Source: Tubiluchus corallicola
Lineage: Eukaryota; Animalia; Priapulida
Assembly (NCBI GenBank): GCA_030141605.1
Contig: JAQGDQ010001277.1
Coordinates: forward strand, 1 to 50,016
DNA: 50,016 nt
Direction of reading: 5' to 3'
The notes under the pieces were generated by a model. It worked only from the letters and a program-made list of their open reading frames with translations. It was not told where the DNA came from and ran no database searches. The first letter of the stretch is position 1. Each line of letters starts with the position of its first letter. Shown piece after piece: positions 1 through 25,210 of the stretch. Position numbers and translations under genes: made by a program.

Positions 1-493
1 ATAACAAAGAAAATTGCAAAAACCTGTCTGGACTGTAAAGCATTAATTTAAAATATAGTGCCTCTGAATAGAAATTTTCTGGCTTGGTGATTGCGGCCAT
101 TCACTTGAAAAATATGACGTAACTGGGAGACTTTTCGCAAGCGGCTCGTGGCTTTCCGTGAGGGCGTACTGCTAAAGCTAATTCAAACTTCTGCAGCTTA
201 TCTAATGTTCAAGCAAAAATATTACAGAATCAGCTGTCTAATGTTTTTGTAAAAACTTATGATACTTTTGCCGAAGATTGACAGCGCACTGCTTTGTTTT
301 CAGGTCGAATGACGTCATTGGAAGAAGAATGGACATTGAAAATGGAGCGCCCAAGCGCGAAGTGATCGCGACTTTAAAGTGATTTTATTAATTACACGAA
401 GCGCTTATTGAAATTTTATTACTAAATCCTTCTAACATTTTTCGTCAACGTTGAAATGAGCCTGACCTGCCAAAAGTGTTGACATTACCTTTA
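1..493. mobile_element. Old interspersed repeat ending in CCTTTAA (possibly Kolobok-like); related copies at about 16225-16601 and 29085-29272
   Basis: Shared blocks gaatagaaatttt, gaatgacgtca and actttaaagtgatttta.taattacacga, and the same terminus at 493 and 16601. Class assignment is a guess from the terminus. Confidence 0.6.
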
Positions 494-644
494 ACGGACT
501 TGAAAATCGTGATAATTCTATAAACAGACTTACTAGTTCGTTTCTTTTCTTTAAAAAATCCTTATCTCAGTCAAGTCGTTTGTAATGATATTATCTAGAC
601 GGGTGAAATAAATATATTTTGTAATAACACAGTGTGTAGCAACC

Positions 645-1562
<918 letters not shown>

Positions 1563-1804
1563 AAAGGTTTTCTTCTTTCCATACAAATACACTTTTTTAC
1601 ACGAATATCTACAAAATTTACTCGGTATTTCTCCCCATATTGTTGCATATATCTTAAGCATCATTTGTAACCCCTACACGAACGTACAAATAAGGTTAGA
1701 TCATGCGCATATTATACAAATGCACCATTGTAAAGTTCAGCAATATTACAACCGTAACCCCATATTTGTAAATGTCTCAACAATGCATCGACATCATGTA
1801 TATA

Positions 1805-1830
1805 TGTGTGTGTGTGTGTACGTGCGTGTG

Positions 1831-1882
<52 letters not shown>

Positions 1883-1920
1883 TGTGTGTATGTATGTATG
1901 TATGTATGTATGTATGTATG

Positions 1921-1951
<31 letters not shown>

Positions 1952-1983
1952 GTATGTATGTATGTATGTATGTATGTATGTAT
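1805..1983. repeat. (GT)n/(GCGT)n/(GTAT)n microsatellite
   Basis: Direct reading. A similarly ordered run occurs inverted at 26560-26746. Confidence 0.95.
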
Positions 1984-2616
1984 TACATGTACACTAAATA
2001 GTGTTGGCAACACAACTGCCGCTTGCCTGACACCATTTCCTGCTGTGATATTATTAGATCTATGCATTTTCTAGGTACTAAATACATTTATAGATGTATA
2101 CATGTTTGGCAAAAATGTAATGGGAATTTTCGGTTCTTAAAAATTGTTAAGAAATTCTTATTATTTGCTCGATGAATATATTTAGCACGGCAGAACAAAA
2201 TGCGAAATAATCTCTTTTTCTACTAATTCCTTGGTGGCGAAACTGTCTTTCTTTGAACCATTGGCAAGCGTGTAAATTCTTCTGATGTAATAAATGGGAG
2301 ATTTGATAAGGAAAACAAATAAACGGGCTGGTTGATATCTGCACAAATCCGCTATAAAATTTCCCAAATACATACTGCTGTCATTTATAACAGTAATGTA
2401 TTGAGTAGTGGTGCCCTTTGCACTTCTCGAGCCTTGAGAACTAACACGTGCACAACTAGTTTTTTGGTGTTAGCAGTGACTTTGATAAGACTACTGTATG
2501 TTTAAGAAATAACATATCTGTCTACCATATTAGTTCTCTATCCGTGGAGGATTGAATTTTTATAGAGCTCTTGGAGTGTTTGTCTACAGTTTTTCTCAAG
2601 TGGACGCTGGTAAATA

Positions 2617-14392
<11,776 letters not shown>

Positions 14393-16224
14393 ATGTTGCC
14401 AGTCGTAACTGCTCGATCACAAATCATCTGAGGGTTGTTGCATAATAGTAATGGCAATTAGGTGAGAGTACCATGGCATGTAAATAATTGGTGTTTTTGC
14501 AGTAGTCCAAAAGTATGTAAATTTAAATGTAACAAAATTAGTCGTAGGCCTACAATTTTGGCTGATAGTCTTTATGAGTGTCATATTAATTAAAAAATTA
14601 CTAATTAATGTCAATGCTGATTAGTTGTACATGTTATAGAAAGGAAAATTCAGACTTAGTTTGACTTACTGGTCTGTAAACCTATTTCTCAATGACATTT
14701 CAGGCAAATTTTAATTGCAAGGCCCCAGGTTCAAATCTGAAAGGACGTATTTATGATTTTTTACTGAATGAAAAAACTCCCGATTAAAAACAAGAAAAAA
14801 AAGAAAGAAATTAAGCACAACGTTTCAAACTCTACTGTAGTTCGTCAGGTAAAATTTTTCAATCCAATTTATTCAAAAAAAATATTTATCTCCAGTGCAA
14901 AGTTCGTTAAGCATGGTCATGAACTGCAGTGTTCATCTTTGACGTTAGTGTGATGTAGAGCTCATTTTCCTGACATCACGTTAGCATCTTATAGCAGTCT
15001 TCGCTTGCACAAACGTGCTTGACACGCAGGGAAGATGCCTACCATTGCACAAACTATTGTTAGTTTGTGACGTTAAACAATAGTTGTTTTTGGTTGCCGT
15101 TGATTACCTTTCTAAGGCAATTATTCAAATATTAGAAATAAATGTTAACTTTTAGGGGCAAAAAATGTATATTTTGGATGGTAAATTGAAATGAGATTGA
15201 GTCTAATCAATCGTCCGGTTTTTCCTTAAAAATGGCCTGAGAGCTTTCTATAGCTTATGGGCTCACCGAGTGCAAACCCGGCACTGACCAGAAGAAAGGG
15301 TTTCCGTACCAATAACCATAAATTGTCTCCCCCAAAATAGCTTTAGTATTTCTCTACTAATTTCTTGGGATTTCTTCTTTTTTGTTCTTTTTTTGTTCAC
15401 ACTAAGATCCTTGCTTTTTAATTGTGAGATACTTTATTTATTTTCACTGTTCTTATCATTAATTAATTAATTAATTAAGGATTAATTTGTCATTCCACTT
15501 TGTCACACTTAAAATCGATTTAAGTGCATCAACTTTTAGCAGGGTAGAGGAGGCTGAATTCACATAATCAACATACCAAAGATGTACTTATATTTGTATA
15601 GAAATTATGAAATTTTAAAAACTAATAACTACATTTTTGTACATAGTCAAGTTTTTATTGTTACGAAAATATTTCCGTAAGCTAAAACGATTCCAGTGAA
15701 TTATTTATGTACACTCCCGCAAATTTTGTGAACGTGTTTGGTCGTGTAAACGCCAAAATCATGTAGACAACCCTTCAATGCAAAATGAAAATAAAAACAC
15801 TTGAAATTTTACGTTGTATCGTACTTTTGTTTTTTTAACGAAATGAGATAGTTTACGAATTTAATACAGATTGCTGTAAACGAGTTACGTTATACAAGGA
15901 TTTTATGTAAACAGCAAAAGGCTGAAATCAAAAGATGGCGCAATTGTTATGAAAACATTACGTTCAATCGAACTTTATAAAAAATAACTTCCATTACTCA
16001 AGGCACATGATACGTATGCCTACAAGAAAAATGATTTGACTTGAATTATTCATTAAGTGCTTGTGGTTTGTGTGAGTCATTAAAGTAAAGAATAGGTCAC
16101 TCAGTATGTTGGGTTTATCATACTCTTGTCACATAAACTGTTTGTAGTGAGCTAAAGTAAAGAATAGGTCACTCAGTATGTTGGGTTTATTTCGCTGTTA
16201 TCACTTAAAGTTAAAAAAATGTAA

Positions 16225-16601
16225 CATCGAAATTTACAAAAAACTGCCTATAAAACATTTATTCTACCTCTGAATAGACAGAATAGAAATTTTCAGGCAT
16301 GGTGGTAGCCGTCATTCATGTGAGAATCGTGACGTAACAGAGTGACTTTTCGTAAGCGCATCACGGCTTTCTGTAAGTAAGCGCTGCTTAGACTGATTCA
16401 GTCTTCTGCATCTTACCTCATGTTCAGTCAACGAATGACGTCACTGGTGGAAGAATAGGTGTGCAAAGTGAGAGCACTCTGGACTTTAAAGTGATTTTAC
16501 TAATTACACGAGGCACTTATCACACTTTTATTACCAAATACTTCTAACATTTTTCTCGAACATTGAGATAAGTTTTCCAGAAGGCTTGACGTTTCCTTTA
16601 A
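16225..16601. mobile_element. Second copy of the 1-493 repeat family, with an internal deletion
   Basis: Colinear similarity to 30-493. Confidence 0.6.
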
Positions 16602-17085
16602 ATCAAGCAGACAGATTCGGTAATGTGTTTATTATTGCTCCAATTTGCGAAGTACAAATTAGTAATACATACTTTTCCAATAATACTAATAGATTTAGAT
16701 TAGATTTAGATTTAATATTTCATTTCAAACTTCGCAATGTTCATAAACACAGCACAAATTAATACAAATAATACAATAAATCATGAAACGCAACAATAAC
16801 ACAAATAACAATTAACTATATAACAAACTACGCCAATGACGTCTAATTACAGAAGTAAAGTTTGCATCACTGTTTAAAATGTTCTTGCATATAAAATTTT
16901 CACTCTTATTCAGACTGACGTATAAACTGTATGCACATTTTCTGTGAATCACATCAAAATAAATAATATTAAGTCTAGTAGAAATATATCTGACGCTCAT
17001 ATCACATGAAAAGTTAAACAGCTAAATATTTATATTTTCATATGAATAGAAAACAAGTAAAATAACAACAGTATACAATTATCTA

Positions 17086-17373
<288 letters not shown>

Positions 17374-17895
17374 CAATAAATCAATCTCGACACCAAACTT
17401 TTCTCCACTGACGAAATGCGTATTGTTGACGTCTTTGTTTGCTTTTGCTTAATCACACCTGAACAGGTGTGTCAGACAGGTAAATAATTCCAAGAACCTC
17501 CAGGGCAGTAACTCAAACTCGTCGTCTGTTTGCGTGTAAATCGCGGGGAGACGTCTGAGTTGATATGTGTCTAATCAGATATGTTGCAATGATAATTCAC
17601 AACTACAAATATTGGGTCTGTAGGTTTAATATTGGTCACCGTCAATAAGGTCACCAAAAAAATACTCGCAATTTTGCCTAGGAGAGAAAGTTAGGTAATC
17701 AAACAAAAATATTCATTTCAGTCACAATTTATTTTAAATATTATAAACAATTTAAGTAATAAATGGAAAACATTTTAAATCTGTTATTAACTGGCAATAC
17801 TAGACTTGCAGATATTGACGACACTATTTATATATGACGGCATTACATATTATGTGAAAACAGTTAGGATTTATTCAATATCTTAGGCTTAGTTT

Positions 17896-17990
17896 TTAGG
17901 GTCAGGGTTAGAGTTAGTGGTTAGGGTCAGGATTAGAGTAAGTGGCTAGGGTCAGGGTTAGAATTAGTGGTTAGGGTCAGGGTTATAGTT
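17896..17990. repeat. Telomere-like 24-bp repeat containing TTAGGG variants
   Basis: TTAGGGTCAGGGTTAGAGTTAGTGG-like unit, about 4 copies. Confidence 0.7.
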
Positions 17991-18029
17991 GGCATTGGAT
18001 GTAACTGTGAAAGAAACAATCCCACTTAA

Positions 18030-18647
18030 CCCTTATAGGGTCACGTTTTTTTACAACCGATTTTGGTAACGGGGGGGGGGGGGTAGAACGTTACCCCCAC
18101 CATAATTCGTAAATTACTTTTGATAAACCACAGTGTTTCATTAGTAAACAGCAACAGCATAATTTGTGGTTATGCTGACCACCATAGGATACATTATACC
18201 TCTGCTTAAAGACGTGTGACTTACTAGTAATACGAAATTTAAATTCACTTAGTTACGTTCCCTTATCTATGCTGGAATAACTGTAGACAACCGACATTGC
18301 TAGCGCGTGTGCAAAAATCATTGTTATTTTGAATTTATTGTCTAGTAATTTCTTCTTTTAGGTGGAGTAATTTGAGTAACTGACATTTTGTTTTATCAGA
18401 TACATCACCCGAATAGACAAGCGAAGTAAAGTTTCGACAATTTTAAAAAATCGACGTATTGCAGTTTCACTTCTATTTCGTGGTGAGACAATGTGCCTAA
18501 AATAACTAACTAAAAGTATTTTGTGCATAAAACATGATTAGAAAAAGTCATAGAAAATGTTTACTGGCATGCGTATGGTAAAAGGGTAAAATGCAAAAAA
18601 CCGGACTGGGGGTAATTTTTTACCCCCCCCCCGTGACCCTATAAGGG
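18030..18647. mobile_element. piggyBac-like MITE
   Basis: TTAA|CCCTTATAGGGTCACG ... CGTGACCCTATAAGGG|TTAA; perfect 16-bp TIR; subterminal GGGGGTA..TACCCCC palindromes at both ends. Confidence 0.88.
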
Positions 18648-19394
18648 TTAAGCAAAGAAGTGGATTTTATTCAGACACAAAACAAACTATTGTAACGTTT
18701 GGATCAGTTATTCACCTAAATATAAATGCAGTGAATAAAAATGACAAAAATTAATATTGAGTAAAGCAATTTGTGATCGAATCTAACCGACAATTTGTAA
18801 AAGAGAAGCGATGAGAAAAGTTTTAAAGTTAAAATGACCATGATAATCAAAAATGATTTATACACTGGAACGAAAGAAGTTCAAAGTCAAGGTCAGAATA
18901 TTAAGATGGCCAGGACATCTTCTAGGATTACCAAATGAAGCACCAGTAAGAATCGCCTTAAAGGAAGCTTTGAGATCTTGCAAAAAACCACCTGGTAAAC
19001 AGAAAACCACTTGAATAGCTAAGATAAATAAAGATGTTCAGCAACTTCAACCAAATATATCTCTAGGAGTAGAAGAACTCACAGCCAGAAGTGGCGAAAT
19101 ACTCTAACAAGTATTAATGCTTAAATGCCTACAATAGATGCAATGAGACCTCGAAAAGAAGAAGAAGAAGAAAGAAAAGAAGACAAGAACGCCCAGAACG
19201 TAGTAACGACGTAGTAATTGAACAATCCACTCTGCTAAAAACAATGACGTGTTGCCGCTAACATTTTCATGAAAATAATTACATCACAATGAGCTTATAA
19301 GCCCAAAATTTCATTGTTGCACTTTCTATGAATACTAGAAAACAATGATTGTTAGGGTTAAGAATAGTCAATAAATTAATAACTAATTCTGATG

Positions 19395-19835
19395 AGCTAT
19401 ATATCTCCTTCCGAGAGTCCCACCAGGCGCCGCTAGAACGTTTTTTCCGCAGGCTGTTTGGTCAAAATTTCGAAAAAATCGTGAGTTGGGTCCGGCAAAA
19501 CGCCCGTTGCGGGACCCCGTGGCCCTCTCGGGAATTCTAAATATGCATACTACACCCACCGTTGAACGGGCTATCTATCCATACCCAGCACCACCCTCGA
19601 CCTGTTCCCGTTCTCTACATCTCAGCCGTATAACTTTTGCAAAAAACGGCCGAAAAATGGCCATTTTTGGAGGTTTTTCGCCCACCCCCCCTTCCTCCCG
19701 GTGGGCCTGATTCGAAAAATAAACCATCAATGAGACGACACTAAATCGTGACCTTTCGTTTGATATATAGATCGCCGCAAATGGTGCCGTCGTCGAAGCT
19801 GTAGCCTCGAATCTTATATATATATATATAAATAT
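19395..19835 (-). mobile_element. Interspersed repeat of unassigned class, copy 2 (inverted)
   Basis: Reverse complement of 9600-10185, e.g. gagagtcccaccaggcgccg and atcgccgcaaatggtgccgtcgtc; adjoins (TA)n. Confidence 0.72.
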
Positions 19836-19905
19836 ATTAAGATGAACTAGAGACAAAATTTGTTTGAGCAGGAAAAGACTTACTTAAAGATGGGCATTAA
19901 ACAAA

Positions 19906-21042
19906 ATGCAGTAGGGACAAAGAAAACAAAGCAACAAGCCGTCAGAGCCACCAGGAAACATAGAAGAACCATCCAAGAGAACGTCGTGGCCACAGAAGAA
20001 CGTAGGACAGCTTGGACAGATGACCAAGAGAACATCTTTGCCACCAGCAACCGTAGGGCAAGAGGCTAAGAGAGGGTCATTGGGACCCATAATTGCAGGG
20101 CAAGAAACCAAGAGAGGATCTTTGGCAGAAAAAACTGTAGGACAGCAAAAAGAAACGCAGCCACAAACATATGCAGTGCCAGCGACCAAAAGACCATCTT
20201 TGGAACCAAAAGTCATAGATAAAGAGCAGATAAAGAGAGGATCCAGGGCAGAAGAGAATGTAGGACAGCAAAAAGAAACGCAGCCACAAACATATGCAGT
20301 GCCAGAGACCGAAAGACCATCATTGGCACCAAAAATCATAGATAAAGAGCAGATAAAGAGAGGTTCCATGGCAGAAGAGAATGTAGGACAGCAAAAAGAA
20401 ACGCAGCCACAAACATATGCAGTGCCAGCGACCAAAAGACCATCTTTGGAACCAAAAGTCATAGATAAAGAGCAGATAAAGAGAGGATCCATGGCAGAAG
20501 AGAATGTAGGACAGCGAAAAGAAACGCAGCCACAAACATATGCAGTGCCAGCGACCAAAAGACCATCTTTGGAACCAAAAGTCGCAGGCAAAGAAGAGAT
20601 AAAGAAAGTATCGTTGTGAGAAAAGAATGTAGAACAGCGGAGAGAAACAAAAGAACAGGCAATTATAGATATGCCTGTGGAAAATGCTGAACGTTCATCA
20701 GAAATTTCGAAGCCATTTAGGATTACTGTAAAAAACAAACCACTGAAGTATTGCTGTGGAAGTGGAAATATTTTGTTTATTTTCATTGTTCTTTCTGTAA
20801 TTATTGGAGTTGGAGTTGGAGTTGGTCTGCACGGAACTGATCTCACCAAAAGGCAGATCATGTATCTCAGCTTCCCCGGCGAAATCTTTCTACGTATGTT
20901 GAAAGCATTGATTCTACCGCTCATTGTATCAAGTTTAATATCTGGTTTAGCAGCTTTACATTCTAAGCTTACTGGCTGCAAGGCAGCAGTGACAATAATC
21001 TACTATCTTATCACTACATTCCTCGCTGTGTTTCTCGGGATT
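19906..21042 (+). pseudogene. Truncated SLC1 first-exon pseudogene most similar to paralog B, with expanded N-terminal repeats
   Basis: ATG CAG TAG GGA CAA aligns with paralog B ATG CAA CAA GGA CAG; PGNIEEPSKRTSWP aligns with [14 protein letters not shown]. One frame throughout, with stops TAG 19912-19914 and TGA 20617-20619. Contains [25 protein letters not shown]. Homology ends after FLAVFLGI. Confidence 0.85.
20110..20650 (+). repeat. 123-bp (41-codon) coding tandem repeat, about 4 copies
   Basis: Unit QQKETQPQTYAVPATKRPSLEPKVIDKEQIKRGSMAEENVG repeated in ORF 20020-20619. Confidence 0.93.
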
Positions 21043-21059
21043 TTCTCTAATGCCACCGA

Positions 21060-24000
21060 ATGGAAACACAACAAACAGAAAAACGCGCACAAGGTGAGAA
21101 ACTCAGACCATGTGAAAGACTGGAATCAGGGGCCGGTTTCACAAACACAGACCATGTGAAGGACTGGAATCAGGGCCCGGTTTCGCAAACACAGACCTTG
21201 TGAAGGACTTTAATCAGGGGCCAGTTACACAAACACAGACCATGTGAAGGACTGGAATCAGGGCACGGTTTCACAAACACAGACCATGTGAAGGACTGGA
21301 ATCAGGGCCCAGTTTCACAAACACAGACCACGTGAAGGACTGGAATCAGGGGCCAGTTTTACAAACACAGACCATGTGAAGGACTGGAATCAGGGCCCGG
21401 TATCACAAACACAGACCATGTGAAGGACTGGAATCAGGGCCCGGTTTCGCAAACACAGACCATGTGAAGTACTGGAATCAGGGCCCGGTTTTACAAACAC
21501 AGACCATGTGAAGGACTGGAATCAGGGCCCGGTTTCACAAACACAGACCATGTGAGGGACTGGAATCAGGGCCCGGTTTTACAAACACAGACCATGTGAA
21601 GTACTGGAATCAGGGCCCGGTTTCACAAACACAGACCATGTGAAGGACTGGAATCAGGGCACGGTTTCACACACACAGACCATGTGAAAGACCGGAATCA
21701 CAGCCCGGTTTCACACACACAGACCATGTGAGGGACTGGAATCAGAGCCCGGTTTCACACACACAGACCATGTGAAGGACTGGAATTAGGGCCCAGATTC
21801 ACAAACACAGACCATGTGAAAGACTGGAATCAGGGCCCGGTTTCACACACACAGACCATGTGAAGGACTGGAATCAGGGCCCGGTTTCACAAACACAGAC
21901 CATGTGAAGGACTAGAATCAGGGCCCAGATTCACAAACACAGACCATGTGAAAGACTGGAATCAGGGGCCGGTTTCACAAACACAGACCATGTGAAGGAC
22001 TGGAATTAGGACCCGGTTTCACAAACACAGACCATGTGAAGGACTGGAATCAGGGCCCGGTTTCACACACACAGACCATGTGAAGGACTGGAATCAGGGC
22101 ACGGTTTCACAAACACAGATCATGTGAGGGACTGGAATCAGAGCCCGGTTTCACACACACAGACCATGTGAAGGACTGGAATCAGGGGCCGGTTTCGCAA
22201 ATGCAGACCATGTGAAGGACTGGAATCAGGGGCCGGATTCACAAACTCAGACCATGTAAAGGACAGGAATCAGGGACCGGTTTTACAAACACAGACCATG
22301 TGAACGACTGGAATCAGAGCCCGGTTTCACAAACATAGACCATGTGAAGGACTGGAATCAGGGCCTGGTTTCCAAACATAGACCATGTAAAGGACAGGAA
22401 TCAGGGCCCGGTTTCACAAACACAGACCTTGTGAAGGACTAGAATCAGGGCCCGGTTTCACAAACACAGACCATGTGAAGAACTGGAGTCAGGGGCCGGT
22501 TTCACAAACACAGGCCATGTGAAGGACTTTAATCAGGGCCCGGATTCACAAACACAGACCATGTGAAGGACTGGAATTAGAGCCCGGTTTCACAAACATA
22601 GACCATGTGAAGGACTGGAATCAGAGCCCGGTTTCACAAACACAGACCATGTGAAGGACTGGAATCAGGGCCTGGTTTCACAAACATAGACCATGTAAAG
22701 GACAGGAATCAGGGCCCGGTTTCACAAACACAGACCTTGTGAAGGACTAGAATCAGGGCCCGGTTTCACAAACACAGACCATGTGAAGAACTGGAGTCAG
22801 GGGCCGGTTTCACAAACACAGGCCATGTGAAGGACTTTAATCAGGGCCCGGATTCACAAACACAGACCATGTGAAGGACTGGAATTAGAGCCCGGTTTCA
22901 CAAACATAGACCATGTGAAGGACTGGAATCAGAGCCCGGTTTCACAAACACAGACCATGTGAAGGACTGGAATCAGGGCCTGGTTTCACAAACATAGACC
23001 ATGTAAAGGACAGGAATCAGGGCCCGGTTTCACAAACACAGACCTTGTGAAGGACTAGAATCAGGGCCCGGTTTCACAAACACAGACCATGTGAAGAACT
23101 GGAGTCAGGGGCCGGTTTCACAAACACAGGCCATGTGAAGGACTTTAATCAGGGCCCGGATTCACAAACACAGACCATGTGAAGGACTGGAATTAGAGCC
23201 CGGTTTCACAAACATAGACCATGTGAAGGACTGGAATCAGAGCCCGGTTTCACAAACACAGACCATGTGAAGGACTGGAATCAGGGCCTGGTTTCACAAA
23301 CATAGACCATGTAAAGGACAGGAATCAGGGCCCGGTTTCACAAACACAGACCTTGTGAAGGACTAGAATCAGGGCCCGGTTTCACAAACACAGACCATGT
23401 GAAGAACTGGAGTCAGGGGCCGGTTTCACAAACACAGACCATGTGAAGGACTGGAATCAGGGCCCGGATTCACAAACACAGACCATGTGAAGGACTGGAA
23501 TCAGAGCCTGGTTTCACAAACACAGACCATGTGAAGGACTGGAGTCAGGGGCCGGTTTCACAAACACAGACCATGTGAAGGACTGGAATCAGGGGCCGGT
23601 TTCACAAACACAGGCCATGTGAAGGACTGGAGTCAGGGGCCGGTTTTACAAACGCAGACCACGTGAAGGACTGGAATCAGGGCCTGGTTTCACAAACACA
23701 GACCATGTGAAGGACTGGAATCAGGGCCCGGTTTCACAAACACAGACCATGTGAAGAACTGGAGTCAGGGGCCGGTTTCACAAACACAGACCATGTGAAG
23801 GACTGGAATCAGGGCCCGGATTCACAAACACAGACCATGTGAAGGACTGGAATCAGAGCCTGGTTTCACAAACACAGACCATGTGCAGGACTGGAGTCAG
23901 GGGCCGGTTTCACAAACACAGACCATGTGAAGGACTGGAATCAGGGGCCGGTTTCACAAACACAGACCATGTGAAAGACTGGAATCAGGGCACGGTTTCA

Positions 24001-25210
24001 CAAACACAGACCACGTGAAAGATTGGAATCAGGGCCTGGTTTCACAAACACAGACCATGTGAAGGACTGGAATCAGAGCCCGGTTTTACAAACTCAGACC
24101 ATGTGAAGGACTGGAATCAGTTCCCGGTTTCACAAACACACACCACGTGAAGGACTGGAATCAGGGCCTGGTTTCACAAACACAGACCATGTGAAGAACT
24201 GGAATCAGGGCCCGGTTTCACAAACACAGACCATGTGAAGGACTGGAATCAGGGCCCAGTTTCACAAACGCAGACCACGTGAAGGACTGGAATCAGGGCC
24301 CAGTTTCACAAACACAGACCATGTGAAAGACTGGAATCAGGGCACGGTTTCACAAACACACACCATGTGAAGGACTGGAATCAGGGGCCGGTTTTACAAA
24401 CGCAGACCACGTGAAGGACTGGAATCGTGTTGAGTGTGTTCCTGTGTTTGCTGACAGATGATGATGATGATGGTGACGAGGATGATGATGGTGATGGTGA
24501 TGGTGACGAGGATGATGAAACGAATGAGTGTGGACTTTTCCTAGGAGTACAAAGTAAGTGTTGAGTGTGTTCCTGTGTTTGCTGACAGATGATGATGATG
24601 ATGGTGATGGTGATAGTGATGACGAGGATGAGGAGACGAATGAATGTGGATTTTTCCTAGGAGTACAAAGTAAGTGTTGAGTGTGTTCCTGTGTTTGCTG
24701 ACAGATGATGACGGTGATGGTGACCAGGATGATGACGGTGATGGTGACGAGGATGATGATGGTGATGGTGACGAGGATGAGGAAACGAATGAGCGTGGAT
24801 TTTTCCTAGGAGTACAAAGTAAGTGTTGAGTGTGTTCCTGTGTTTGCTGACAGATGATGATGATGATGGTGACGAGAATGATGATGGCGATGGTGACGAG
24901 GATGAGGAAACGAATGAACGTGGATGTTTCCTAGGAGTACAAAGTAAATGTTGAGTGTGTTCCTGTGTTTGCTGACAGATGATGACGGTGATGGTGACGA
25001 GGATGATGATGGTGATGGTGACGAGGATGATGATGATAGTGATGACGAGGATGATGAAACGAATGAGCGTGGATTTTTCCTAGGAGTACAAAGTAAGTGT
25101 TGAGTGTGTTCCTGTGTTTGCTGACAGATGATGATGATGATGGTGACGAGGATGATGATGGCGATGGTGACCTGGATGAGGAAACGAATGAGCGTGGATT
25201 TTTATATTAA
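21060..25210 (+). CDS. Hypothetical spliced gene for a 203-aa Asp/Gly/Glu-rich repeat protein
   Basis: Exons 21060-21093, 24458-24553, 24589-24669, 24705-24818, 24854-24943, 24979-25092, 25128-25210; total 612 nt; all introns phase 1 and GT-AG; AATAAA at 25219-25224. Requires five 35-nt introns. No homolog recognised. Confidence 0.35.
21100..24426. repeat. 44-bp minisatellite, about 75 copies, with an internal 308-bp higher-order repeat
   Basis: Unit CAGACCATGTGAAGGACTGGAATCAGGGCCCGGTTTCACAAACA; variant ccatgtaaaggacagg recurs at 22383, 22691, 22999 and 23307. Confidence 0.97.
24427..25203 (+). repeat. Six-unit tandem repeat (116-149 bp units) of acceptor, GAT/GGT-rich exon-like segment and donor
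   Basis: Near-constant GTAAGTGTTGAGTGTGTTCCTGTGTTTGCTGACAG alternates with variable-length GAT/GGT/GAC/GAG tracts ending TTCCTAGGAGTACAAA. Confidence 0.95.

Noticed and set aside
17896-17990. Interstitial telomere or chromosome fusion site
   Set aside because: Short, degenerate and single-orientation; not a pure TTAGGG tract.
20617-20619. In-frame TGA as selenocysteine or programmed readthrough
   Set aside because: It aligns to Ala in the sibling repeats. There is a second stop at codon 3 and the gene is truncated, so ordinary decay explains it.
19884-20981. 365-aa minus-strand ORF
   Set aside because: Antisense shadow of the SLC1 pseudo-exon and its 123-bp repeat; the family homology is on the + strand.
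21100-25203. CRISPR-like appearance of the 44-bp array and of the constant/variable six-unit repeat
   Set aside because: No unique spacers (the variable parts are homologous to each other), no cas genes, and a eukaryotic spliced-gene context.
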